A stretch of DNA of 64,000 nucleotides from an uncultured delta proteobacterium (GCA_963803435.1 CAWDML010000009.1:512001-576000), one strand, 5' to 3'; counted from the stretch's first letter, positions 19,576-27,925 are shown. The notes: generated by a model not told the origin, from the letters alone. Made by a program: numbers and translations.

Positions 19576-19668
19576 CTGCCCGTCGTCTGAACCCGAGCGC
19601 GGTGCGTGACAGAGCGGTCATCGGGTCGATCAATGCCCAAGCCCGAAGGGCAAGAGTGTAGCGGGCAG
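19576..19668 (+). ncRNA. Candidate structured non-tRNA RNA inside the tRNA array
   Basis: Closing helix CTGCCCG/CGGGCAG; inner ACCCGA/TCGGGT, TGAC/GTCA and TGCCC/GGGCA hairpins; no T-loop. Confidence 0.5.
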
Positions 19669-19675
19669 ACCTTTT

Positions 19676-19750
19676 GCCTCATCGGTCCAGTCTGGAGTGG
19701 ACGCTCGGTTGTCGGCCGAGAGATCGCCGGTTCAAATCCGGCATGAGGCG
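19676..19750 (+). tRNA. tRNA-Asp(GTC)
   Basis: GCCTCAT/ATGAGGC; CTCGG TT-GTC-GG CCGAG; G73. Confidence 0.85.
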
Positions 19751-19755
19751 CTCGA

Positions 19756-19830
19756 GCTCCGGTAGCTCAGCCAGGTAGTAGCGGCGGTCTGAAGAGCCGC
19801 GCGTCGGTGGTTCAAATCCATCCCGGAGCA
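19756..19830 (+). tRNA. tRNA-Phe(GAA)
   Basis: GCTCCGG/CCGGAGC; GCGGT CT-GAA-GA GCCGC. Confidence 0.92.
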
Positions 19831-19834
19831 CTTG

Positions 19835-19909
19835 GGGGTCGTAGCTCAGACTTGGGAGAGCGTCTGCGCGGCATGCAGAAGGCCAGGGGTTCGATCCCCC
19901 TCGACTCCA
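19835..19909 (+). tRNA. tRNA-Ala(GGC)
   Basis: GGGGTCG/CGACTCC with G3:U70; TCTGC GC-GGC-AT GCAGA (C33). Confidence 0.88.
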
Positions 19910-19977
19910 TCCCGTTCGCACCGTGCCCGGTCATGCCCGATCATGCCCGACCGGTGCTGCGATCTTGAACCCTCGCC

Positions 19978-20037
19978 AATTTGGGAGAGCGCCGGCGTCG
20001 CAAGCCGGAGGCGCGAGTTCGACCCTCGCCACGTCCA
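19978..20037 (+). pseudogene. 5'-truncated tRNA-Ala(CGC) remnant
   Basis: D-loop 3' part, CCGGC GT-CGC-AA GCCGG arm, T arm and 3' acceptor CACGTCCA; no matching 5' strand. Confidence 0.65.
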
Positions 20038-20068
20038 TGGGGCTGTGAGTCCGATCGCCGCCATCGTC

Positions 20069-20140
20069 ACCGGTGTAGTTCAGAGGAAGAACGCTTCCGT
20101 GCGAAGGAAGAGGTCAGAGGTTCGAGTCCTCTCGCCGGTA
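20069..20140 (+). tRNA. tRNA-Arg(GCG)
   Basis: ACCGGTG/CGCCGGT; CTTCC GT-GCG-AA GGAAG. Confidence 0.88.
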
Positions 20141-20188
20141 GTCTAAACCGACAATCGAGGTTCGAGTTCCGGGAGCACGCTCTCTTCT

Positions 20189-20261
20189 ACAGGACGGGCC
20201 AGCAGGGTGAAGGCAGCGGTCTCATAAGCCGCCACGCCCGGTTCGATTCCGGGGTCCTGTA
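20189..20261 (+). tRNA. tRNA with CAT anticodon (Met or Ile2)
   Basis: ACAGGAC/GTCCTGT; GCGGT CT-CAT-AA GCCGC; G8 atypical. Confidence 0.8.
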
Positions 20262-20264
20262 TCC

Positions 20265-20336
20265 GGTCGTGATGCCGAATGGCGAGGCGCCGCTCTTACA
20301 CAGCGGACCACGGGGGTTCGATTCCCTCCGCGACCA
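20265..20336 (+). tRNA. tRNA-Val(TAC)
   Basis: GGTCGTG/CGCGACC; CCGCT CT-TAC-AC AGCGG. Confidence 0.85.
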
Positions 20337-20341
20337 TCGAC

Positions 20342-20420
20342 GCCTCGGTGGGCAAACTTTCGGTAAAGCTGCTCGCCTCAGAAGCGAGAGATGTTGCCGG
20401 TTCGACTCCGGCCCGAGGCA
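20342..20420 (+). tRNA. tRNA-Leu(CAG) with short variable region
   Basis: GCCTCGG/CCGAGGC; CTCGC CT-CAG-AA GCGAG; variable region only about 7 nt. Confidence 0.82.
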
Positions 20421-20499
20421 TTCGATTCTCGATCGCTCGGCAGGCGCAACGTCCCCAACCTTCCGGCGAACACCGCGGCGACCCGGTCGCCGTGATCAT

Positions 20500-20586
20500 G
20501 GATGGCGAACTTGTACGGGATACGAGGCCTGTCTCGAAAACAGTGCGGACGCGAGCGCGTCTGAGGTTCGAGTCCTCCGTCATCCG
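20500..20586 (+). tRNA. tRNA-Ser(CGA) with 8/4 cloverleaf
   Basis: 8-bp acceptor GGATGGCG/CGTCATCC, 4-bp T stem GAGG/CCTC, loop CT-CGA-AA, long variable arm, G73. Confidence 0.82.
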
Positions 20587-20723
20587 CTGGTACGGAAAGC
20601 TCAGCGTCGGCCACGACCGTTCGATGGGTGCGGCTCGCATTCCCGTCGGACGTCGCCGGAGTCCGTCACGCCCATCGAGATCCATGCCAACCAGGCCGTA
20701 ATTGCAACGGTCCACCAGGAACT

Positions 20724-20795
20724 GCGGGTTCGAGTCCCGTCGAAGGCCTCGGCTTTCGTGGCGTAATTGGTAAACGCAACTGACTCTCAATCAGT
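20724..20795 (+). ncRNA. Circularly permuted tRNA-like module (T arm, closed acceptor stem, D arm, anticodon-like arm); YrlA-like topology
   Basis: GCGGG TTCGAGT CCCGT / CGAAGGC CTCG GCTTTCG / TG GCGT AATTGGTAA ACGC / ACTGA CTCTCAA TCAGT. Confidence 0.65.
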
Positions 20796-21284
20796 GACTC
20801 AAGGCAAGCCGCCCGTGAGCCGTTCGAATGTCCGGCCGCGAGGTCTCGCACGGCTGGAGATGCCGACGGCCCCCGTCCAGACCGATCCCATCCGGGTCGG
20901 TGTCCGCCGGGGCGCCCTCGTCTTCGCTTCGCCGTACGATCGTCGCGGGCAAGGGGACGGACGTCCGGGTCGCGAGCGGGCGGCGCGCCATCTTCCACAG
21001 ATCTGTCGGCATCGATGTTCGGAGACCGGCGTCGTTGGCGGGCAACGGAGAGATCGACGATCGCGATCGCGTCCACGACCAGAACGCCTCTCGAGCCGAG
21101 ATCCGCGGGATCTGGAATTCGTCGGCCAGCGCCAGCCATCACGGCATCGAGATCACCGGGTCGTGTACGGCGAGCGACATCCCGACGGGAAGAAGTCCCG
21201 CTCCCTCTCGTTTGACCGCCCCCAGGACAGGACGGTAGCTTCGGGGTTCTGACCGTCGAGGAAGCGCATCCCGATCTTCTCTCC

Positions 21285-21620
21285 GTGCTCGACGCGTTCG
21301 TGCGTCGTGATGGTTCTCTTCCCGGGTTCTCCGGCAAGGTCTCCGTCGGCATCCGCGGACCCGCGGGGTCGCGCTGGTGGTGTGCCTGCTTTGCGAGCCG
21401 AGCGCACACCGAATTCTCCGCGCGCCCCGCGCCCGACAGCGACGTCGCCGTGCTCGTCCCCGAGGAAGAGGCCGAGGCGATGCTCAAGGAGCGAAGGATG
21501 CCAGGGCCAGGCTCGGGCGTGCACTACTTCGGTCGCATGGAGCTGTTGGAGCGGATGCTGGCTCGGTACGCAACCACCCAGAACTGGCTGCAGCTCCGTC
21601 TGTCGCGAGGCAACCGATGA
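21285..21620 (+). CDS. Hypothetical protein (possibly a fragment)
   Basis: 111-aa ORF whose stop overlaps the next ATG (ATGA). Confidence 0.4.
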   Translation: MLDAFVRRDGSLPGFSGKVSVGIRGPAGSRWWCACFASRAHTEFSARPAPDSDVAVLVPEEEAEAMLKERRMPGPGSGVHYFGRMELLERMLARYATTQNWLQLRLSRGNR

Positions 21621-22592
21621 GCACCAACATCTCCCAGCGCTTTCTCGACAACCTGGCCCAGAACTTCCCCGTCGACGGCTCAGACCAAGAATCGAGCGGA
21701 GCACGGGCGTCGGGCATTCGCCGACGCCGTTGGGAGCGTCGGTCCGCTGGACCCGGCTCAGCAGGCCGAGCTGACGGCGCTGTTCGATCACTTCACAGCC
21801 CGCGGAACCGAGGGGCGGGCGCTCCACGCGGAGCTCACCCTCCTGCGAGCCGAGCGAGGGCTCCAGGTCTCGCGCGCGGAGCTCCAGCAGGCGGTTCAGT
21901 TCGGACGCGCAGCCGTGGCGAACGGAACGCGGGTGTCCTCCCTTTGGGCGCTGGAAGCGCTGGCCGATAAGCTCGAGCCGACCGGATTCTCACGCGCCAG
22001 CGGCGACGTGAAGATCGAAAGCCTCCCCGAGTACGAGAACAATCGTCTCAACGACATCGCCGCCGCCCTGCGCCGGAAGGGCAACCAGGACGGCGGTGCC
22101 CACGCGTTCTTCTTCAATCGCGCCAAGGCTGTGATCATCGCAGAGCCCGTTCCGGGCGCGGCCCAGCCCAGCTCCTCGAACCTCGACGACGCCCGTCGCC
22201 TGGGAGAGCGGGATCAAGAGCTCCTGCTCTCGCTGCATCGATCGGCTACCGCGCAGGGAGGCCCGCGCGACGGCACGAACGAAGGCTATTCCTGGCGCGT
22301 CATACCGGTGGCAACGGAGACGCTCGATGCGATCCCCGGTCGCCTAAACGACCTCTCCTATTGGTTGCGACAGTCGGCCGTCGACTCCGGCCAACCGCGC
22401 GCGGCCCTCTTCGAGCGCGGCCAGGCGGTGATCGCTGCGCGCATCGTCGACCCCAGCGCCCCGCGGCCGACGCCGGAAGGGGCGGAAGCGGAGCAGCAGT
22501 TCCTCCTCGGGCTCCAGCAGCAGGCCAAGGCAGGATCCGGCTTCGCTAGCGGCATGCACCAGGGCATCGAGTGGAAGCTGTCGCTGCTCTGA
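21617..22592 (+). CDS. Hypothetical protein, frameshifted near 21690
   Basis: MSTNISQRFLDNLAQNFP start; continues AFADAVGSVGPLDPAQQAELTALF into the 21915..22592 frame; weak internal repeats. Confidence 0.55.
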
Positions 22593-22826
22593 GCACGCGA
22601 CGCAGACACGGCCTTCCGGCTCCTGCGCCTCATCCGACGCGAGGAGCTCGAACGCGCGGACAACGTATCTCAACGCCGTCTTATCCCCTTCCTTGTAGCG
22701 TGACCCTCAGCCAGCGGCGGAGCTCGGGGCTCGACGGCTGCACCTCGGTGTCAATCGCATGACCCTTGTGCGAGAGCTCGAGCCGCGTGGAGCGAGAGCG
22801 GGTGCTTCATCGTCCGGGTCGGAGCA

Positions 22827-23148
22827 TCAGACGATGGTGTCGCTGTCGGCCCAGCACTGCCATTCGACCGGGGCCGGGCAGCCACTCATCCGCGACCGGC
22901 AGGGCAGCGGGTAGGTCGTCCACGTCTTCACGGACCTTGTTGAGCTCGTAGCCGTCGACGTCCTGCTCCTTCTCGATCCACTCCTTCATCAGCTCGTACA
23001 TCCGGACGCCGTATCGGGTGCCGCCGCGCTCCTCATAGGGAAAGATCTCGATCCACTTCCTCAGGCTCTCGTCGGACGCCGGGAGCTCGGCCACAATCGG
23101 GTGTCCTTTGTTGAGGTTCTGGAGACGCTCGAGGGACGGCGTGTTCAT
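22827..23148 (-). pseudogene. Second copy of putative immunity gene, frameshifted near its 3' end
   Basis: MNTPSLERLQNLNKGHPIVAELPASDESLRKWIEIFPYE nearly identical to 25141..25461; length 322 nt versus 321 nt. Confidence 0.75.
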
Positions 23149-23683
23149 GGGGCCTCCGTCGGGAAGAGGATTCGAATGATCTTCGTCTTCTTGGGGTGAA
23201 GCTGGAGGTGGGGGACCCCCGCGTGCGGGTTGGTGGCGTTGTGGTTGAGCAGGCGCCCATCTTCGCCGAGGACGTCGTCCCAGTGGAACGTGTCTTCTTT
23301 GCTGCGGAAGAGCCGCTTGATCTCGTTGAACCGGAGGTCCTCCGTCTCGATGTAGTCGGGGAACTGGCTCAGGATTTCCTCGGCGACCGTGCGGGAGGAA
23401 ACGTGGATCTCCGCCTCGCCCTGGTCGAGCTTCCGGATCGCCCGCTGGGCCTCCGCGCTCAAGGAGGTCCGCGCCGGAGCCGGCTCGAGTCTTCGCACCG
23501 CGTCGCGGAGGTCGATGGCGCTTCGTTTGGCGAAGTCGGCGATCGCGTGGACCTTCACTTTGCGGAGCCCTTCGGGGAGATCGTGAAGGCCGGCGATCTC
23601 CCGTTCGAGTCGGTCCAGCACCATCGCCTTGACCGTCGATCTCCTTCGCGCCGGCCACCATTTGCTCGAGGTCGTGGAGCGAG
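23145..23683 (-). pseudogene. Orphan toxin C-terminal fragment
   Basis: Encodes TFHWDDVLGEDGRLLNHNATNPHAGVPHLQLHPKKTKIIRILF, a paralog of the 25458..27137 C-terminus; no N-terminus. Confidence 0.75.
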
Positions 23684-24720
23684 GAGCCAAATACAACTTT
23701 CCAACGGCCTTTCAATACGAGCACCGACTCGATGCGAACCGCGCTGAGCAGAAGGACCTGATCAAGGCCGGACATGCGACCCACTGCCCGACCGACTGGA
23801 CCGTAAACGGCAGCAAGTCGGAAGGTCGAAGGAGGATCAAACCCCAATCGAAGCTGATGCTCCGAACCTTCAACGGCGAATGCGACGCCGCGATCGCGAA
23901 GGTAAGGTACAACAACACGGTTAATTTGGAGAACGGATTGAGAAGTCGTTTGGCGCGATCAACAAGACCAGTGAATCAAGCCAAGCCATGATCACGACGA
24001 ACTACTTAAACCTCAAATTGGCTGAGCTATGCCTCGTGCACGAACATCGCGAGCGGGAGCAGGAGGAAAAGGAAGAGCAACGGCGGATCAAGGAACAGAT
24101 GCGTGAAGAGCAGAAAGTCGAGAAGGAAATCGCAAAGCCGAAGGCCGAGGCGGAAAAGGAAGAGGAGCGCTATCAGAATGCGTTGGACCGCACGCGTGCG
24201 GAGCTCAGGACCGCCGAGGGTGCGCTGCATGACAAGCTGAAGCAGCAGGTCGACAAGCTGGAGTCACAGTTGAAGGAGGCAATCGACCGAAAGGCCAAGG
24301 CGATCTCCCGCGCGCAACTCGTGAGGTCCGGCCACGTCTAGGTGCTATCGAACGTTGGTGCTTTTGGAGAAACGTCTTCAAGATTGGCCTGACTCGCCGT
24401 CTCGATCCGCCGCAGCGGGTCGACGAGCTGGGCAGCGCAGCCGTCCCCTTCGGGTTCGACGTGCACGCGATGGTCTACAGCGAGGACGCGCCGCCGCTTG
24501 AGAAGGCTCTGCACGTCGAGTTCGAACACACACGGGTCAACAAGGCGAATCCGAGGGAGGAGTACTTCCGGACCGACCTGAGCGAGATCCGAAGGCCGTG
24601 GCCAAGCACCACGGGGTCGTGACCTTCGTTCTCGAGCCGAAGGCCGAAGACTACCGGAAGACCCAGGTGATCGAACAGAGCGAGCGAAAGACCGTGGGCG
24701 GCAGGGTGGGCTGACTAGGG
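23684..24720 (+). pseudogene. DUF4041 plus T5orf172/GIY-YIG nuclease (PD-lambda-1/SNIPE-like architecture), 5'-truncated, with frameshifts and an internal stop
   Basis: WTVNGSKSEGRR...KLMLRTFNGECDAAIAKVRYNN, YLNLKLAEL, coiled coil, GHV*VLSNVGAFGE, KIGLTRRLDP..RVDELGSAAVPFGFDVHAMVYSEDAPPLEKALH. Confidence 0.85.
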
Positions 24721-25008
24721 CTTCCGGTACAAGGTCGCCGAGAAGTGTCGTTCGTTCCGCGTGCACACAATGAAACTCGGCGTGACCTTCAGCGGAGCCC
24801 TGCACTTCGCGCAGTAGACCTCCACGCCGTCACTGGCGAGGCGCAACGCGAGGCGCACGTTCTTGGCTGTCCCCTCGAGGTAGTACTTCCCGTCGGCGTC
24901 GGGCGCACTCTCTGGTTCGTCGTCTCGCGTGGCGGGGATCGCGACTGGCTTGCCTTCCGGATCGGGGGCCAGCTCGTACACTCGGTTCCTCTCCTTCTCG
25001 TCCGCCAT
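24715..25008 (-). CDS. Small hypothetical protein with Zn-ribbon-like motif
   Basis: GAGGTG RBS before ATG; YCAKC...VCTRNERH; co-oriented downstream of the immunity gene. Confidence 0.65.
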   Translation of the reverse strand: MADEKERNRVYELAPDPEGKPVAIPATRDDEPESAPDADGKYYLEGTAKNVRLALRLASDGVEVYCAKCRAPLKVTPSFIVCTRNERHFSATLYRKP

Positions 25009-25140
25009 GCTCACCTCACGGGTCGATCGTCGTACGCCGCGGTCACCCAAACTTCATCTCGGCGTAGATCGCACGACCTTTGTGCAAGAGCTCGAGCGCG
25101 TGGAGCGGGAGCGGGTGCTTTCATCGTCCGGGTTCGAGCA

Positions 25141-25461
25141 TCAGACGATGGTGTCGCTGTCGCGCCATCGCTGCCATTCGACCGGGCCCTGCAGCCACTC
25201 GTCTGCGACGGCGAGGGCGGCGGGAAGGTCATCGACGTCCACACGCACTTTGTTGAGCTCGTACCCGTCGACGTCCTGCTCCTTCTCAATCCACTCCTTC
25301 TTCAGCTCGTACATCCGCACGCCGTACCGCGTGCCGCCGCGCTCCTCATAGGGAAAGATCTCGATCCACTTCCTCAGGCTCTCGTCGGACGCCGGGAGCT
25401 CGGCCACGATGGGATGTCCTTTGTTGAGGTTCTGGAGGAGCTCGAGGGACAGCGTGTTCAT
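25141..25461 (-). CDS. Putative immunity protein
   Basis: 106-aa acidic protein; ATGA overlap with the toxin stop and GGAGG RBS; co-duplicated with the toxin C-terminus. Confidence 0.7.
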   Translation of the reverse strand: MNTLSLELLQNLNKGHPIVAELPASDESLRKWIEIFPYEERGGTRYGVRMYELKKEWIEKEQDVDGYELNKVRVDVDDLPAALAVADEWLQGPVEWQRWRDSDTIV

Positions 25462-27137
25462 GGGGCCTCCGTCGGGAAGAGGATTCGAATGATCTTCGCC
25501 TTCCTGGGGTGAATCTGGAGGTGCGGGACCTCCGCGTGGGGGTTGGTGGCGTCGTGATTGAGCAGGCGCCCATCTTCGCCGAAGACGTCGTCCCAGTGGA
25601 ACGTGGCTTCCTTGCTGTCGAAGAGCTGTTTGATCTCCTTGAACCGAAAGTTCTCCGTCTCGACGTAGTCGGGGAACTGGCTCAGGATCTCCTCGACGAC
25701 CGCGCGCGAGGAGACCTGAATCTCCGCCTCGCCCTGGTCGAGCTTCCGGAGCGCTCGCTGGGCCTCCGCGCTCAAGGAGGTTCGGGCGGGAGCGGGCGCG
25801 AGGCTCCGCACCGCGTCGCGGAGGTCGATACCGGTCCGTTCGGCGAAATCGGCCAGCGCGTCGACCCTCACCTTGCGGAGTCCCTCCGGGAGGTCGTGAA
25901 GGTTGGAGATCTCCTTTTCGAGTCGGTCCAGCACCATCGCCTTGACCTCGCGGAGCGTAGCTTCGTCGATCTCCTTCGCGTCGGCCACCATTTGCTCGAG
26001 GTCGTGGAGCGAGAGGTTGGAGTCCTTCGGATCGCCGAGGGTTCGCCGGATCCGATCGCGGACGCGGGTGCGGCCCTTCGGGTCGCGGAGGGTGGTGCGG
26101 CCGTTGCCGGGGGTGGGGCTGTCGAAGAGATCGAGCGCGTCGGCGAGTGCGGCGCCGCCGAAGGCGATGTCGACCGCGGCATGGGCCACCACCGCGGTTT
26201 CGATCCGGAGCGAGGCGGTGGCGCGGAGGGCCAGCACGCTCCCGCTGGCGGCGAGTCCGCCGAGGCCCGACGTCATCCCGAGCGCACCTGCAGCTCGGGG
26301 CACGGCCGCGGCGGCGCTCATCATCAGGTACGCGTGGGCCAGCGCCTCGCCCACCATGCGCCGCTGGTCGTCCGGGGAGGCCTGCTGGAAGGCTTCGAGG
26401 CGCTGCGGTGAGGTGCGGATGGCGCGCCCGATGGTCTGGGGGAGCCGGCCGAAGTCGTGGACCGTCGCCTCGAATGTTTCTTCGGGCTGATGGATGAGAC
26501 CGTCGAACGTCCCTCCGACCCTGAGGATCACGCTCCGGGCGGTGATCTCCACGCCGTCGAGGACGTCGCCGGAGGCGGTGTGCCGGAGGCCGAGCTCGGC
26601 GACCGGAGTCCCGTCGCCGTCGAGCGCGCGAAGCACCCCGCCGGACAGCCGGTAGATGCGCCCCGGATCCAGGTCCGCGCGCCTCTCGATCGCCCGACCG
26701 CCATTCGCGGGGACCAGGTAGCCGTCCGAGCGCACCAGCACCGCGCCGTCGAGGCGGTCGAGCCGAGCTTGGACCTCCGCTGGGGAGAGGGCACCGCTCG
26801 CCCGCGCCTCCATCAGGAGCGAGAGCGCGACCACCGCTGGTCCGTAGTGATCGGGCTCGGGATGGAGGAGCTTCACCGAGAGGAGGTCGGTCGCGCCCTC
26901 CGCGGTGAGGCCGACCTCCGCGATCCGCCGCGCGTCGTCCGGAGCGATCCCACCCGCGACGAGCCGCGCCGCGGTCGCCGCCTCGGGCGTCGGACCGGCT
27001 CGGAGCTCGTGGGAGAAGCGCACCAGGCCTGCGTCGAGCTCGGTCGACGTGTCGGCGCCCGGTTCGGGCCTGGGCGTGCGCAGCGCGTCCAGGGCTTCAC
27101 TTAGGACACGGCGCACGATGGGTCGGATGGGCGACAT
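25458..27137 (-). CDS. Putative polymorphic toxin with His-rich C-terminal domain
   Basis: Ala/Gly-rich hydrophobic middle segment; C-terminal FHWDD...NH...NPH..PHLQIH..IIRILF domain; coupled small downstream gene. Confidence 0.65.
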   Translation of the reverse strand: MSPIRPIVRRVLSEALDALRTPRPEPGADTSTELDAGLVRFSHELRAGPTPEAATAARLVAGGIAPDDARRIAEVGLTAEGATDLLSVKLLHPEPDHYGPAVVALSLLMEARASGALSPAEVQARLDRLDGAVLVRSDGYLVPANGGRAIERRADLDPGRIYRLSGGVLRALDGDGTPVAELGLRHTASGDVLDGVEITARSVILRVGGTFDGLIHQPEETFEATVHDFGRLPQTIGRAIRTSPQRLEAFQQASPDDQRRMVGEALAHAYLMMSAAAAVPRAAGALGMTSGLGGLAASGSVLALRATASLRIETAVVAHAAVDIAFGGAALADALDLFDSPTPGNGRTTLRDPKGRTRVRDRIRRTLGDPKDSNLSLHDLEQMVADAKEIDEATLREVKAMVLDRLEKEISNLHDLPEGLRKVRVDALADFAERTGIDLRDAVRSLAPAPARTSLSAEAQRALRKLDQGEAEIQVSSRAVVEEILSQFPDYVETENFRFKEIKQLFDSKEATFHWDDVFGEDGRLLNHDATNPHAEVPHLQIHPRKAKIIRILFPTEAP

Positions 27138-27290
27138 CGGGCCAGGTGGGTGGCAATTCGCGTACCGGCTCGTCGCGCCTCCCTTTGGCCCCATTCGTCC
27201 GGGATCCGGACGAATGGTCCGGATTCGTCCGGTGATCGGTCCACTCCACCGATCGACACCGACTGAAGACTGCTCGTCGTTGAATCTGCC

Positions 27291-27925
27291 ATGGCGTCGT
27301 CGGTCAAAGACCTGTTCGACCTCCCGAGAGCATCCCCAAGATCGGCTTCGTCCAGGTCCTGAGCGAGGCGATCCAGAAGCCTGAGAACACGGCGAAGAAC
27401 TACGTCGTCACGCCTCGGATCCTCGAGGCCTTCGACAACGCGCTCAAGCTGGTGGGGAACGGGATCAAGACGGGTCGAAGCCAGGCCGCGTACCTACACG
27501 GCAGCTTCGGCAGCGGTAAGTCGCACTTCATGGCGCTCCTCAGCCTCATGCTCTCCGGAGAGCGAGGCGGCCTGGCGGGTCCCCGAGCTGCACGGGCTTC
27601 GGGAGAAGCACAACTTCATCGGGAAGAAGAAGCTCCTCCAGCTCCACTTTCACATGGTGGGCTCGGAGAGCCTCGAGCAAGCCATCTTCGGCAAGTATCT
27701 CGAGCGGGTGAAGGCGCACCACCACGGCGACCATCCCGGGTGTGCTCGCGGACGAGGAGCTGTTCGACAACGCCGGAGGCTCCTCGACGAGCTGGGGGAG
27801 GCCGCCTTCTTCGAGCCGATGAACGCAGGCATCGAGGACGAGGATGAGTGGGGTGCGTTCGGCGGCGGCGCGCGCTGGACCCGCGATCGCTTCGAGGCGG
27901 TCACCCGCTCCACCGATCGACCCAG
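27291..27925 (+). pseudogene. pglY: BREX type 2 PglY-like P-loop ATPase, N-terminal fragment with frameshifts
   Basis: VKDLFDLPE, NYVVTPRILEAFDNAL, AAYLHGSFGSGKSHFMALL, FHMVGSESLEQAIFG motifs; truncated. Confidence 0.78.

Larger units (their letters stand above)
22741..23683 (-). repeat. Diverged direct duplicate of 25055..26013 (toxin C-terminus plus immunity gene)
   Basis: Long collinear near-identity by eye; this copy lacks a 17-nt segment near 23634. Confidence 0.92.

Noticed and set aside
19925-19950. Short tandem repeat TCATGCCCGA x2
   Set aside because: Too short to assign a function; probably a local duplication in a spacer
18325-20800. ORFs predicted across the tRNA array, and a possible CRISPR array from recurring GGTTCGAxTCC
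   Set aside because: The repeats are tRNA T-loops and the ORFs are shadows of RNA genes; there are no identical repeats with spacers and no cas genes
20724-20870. Two-piece (permuted) tmRNA
   Set aside because: Lacks the Ala G3:U70 identity pair and a tag reading frame, and has a full D stem
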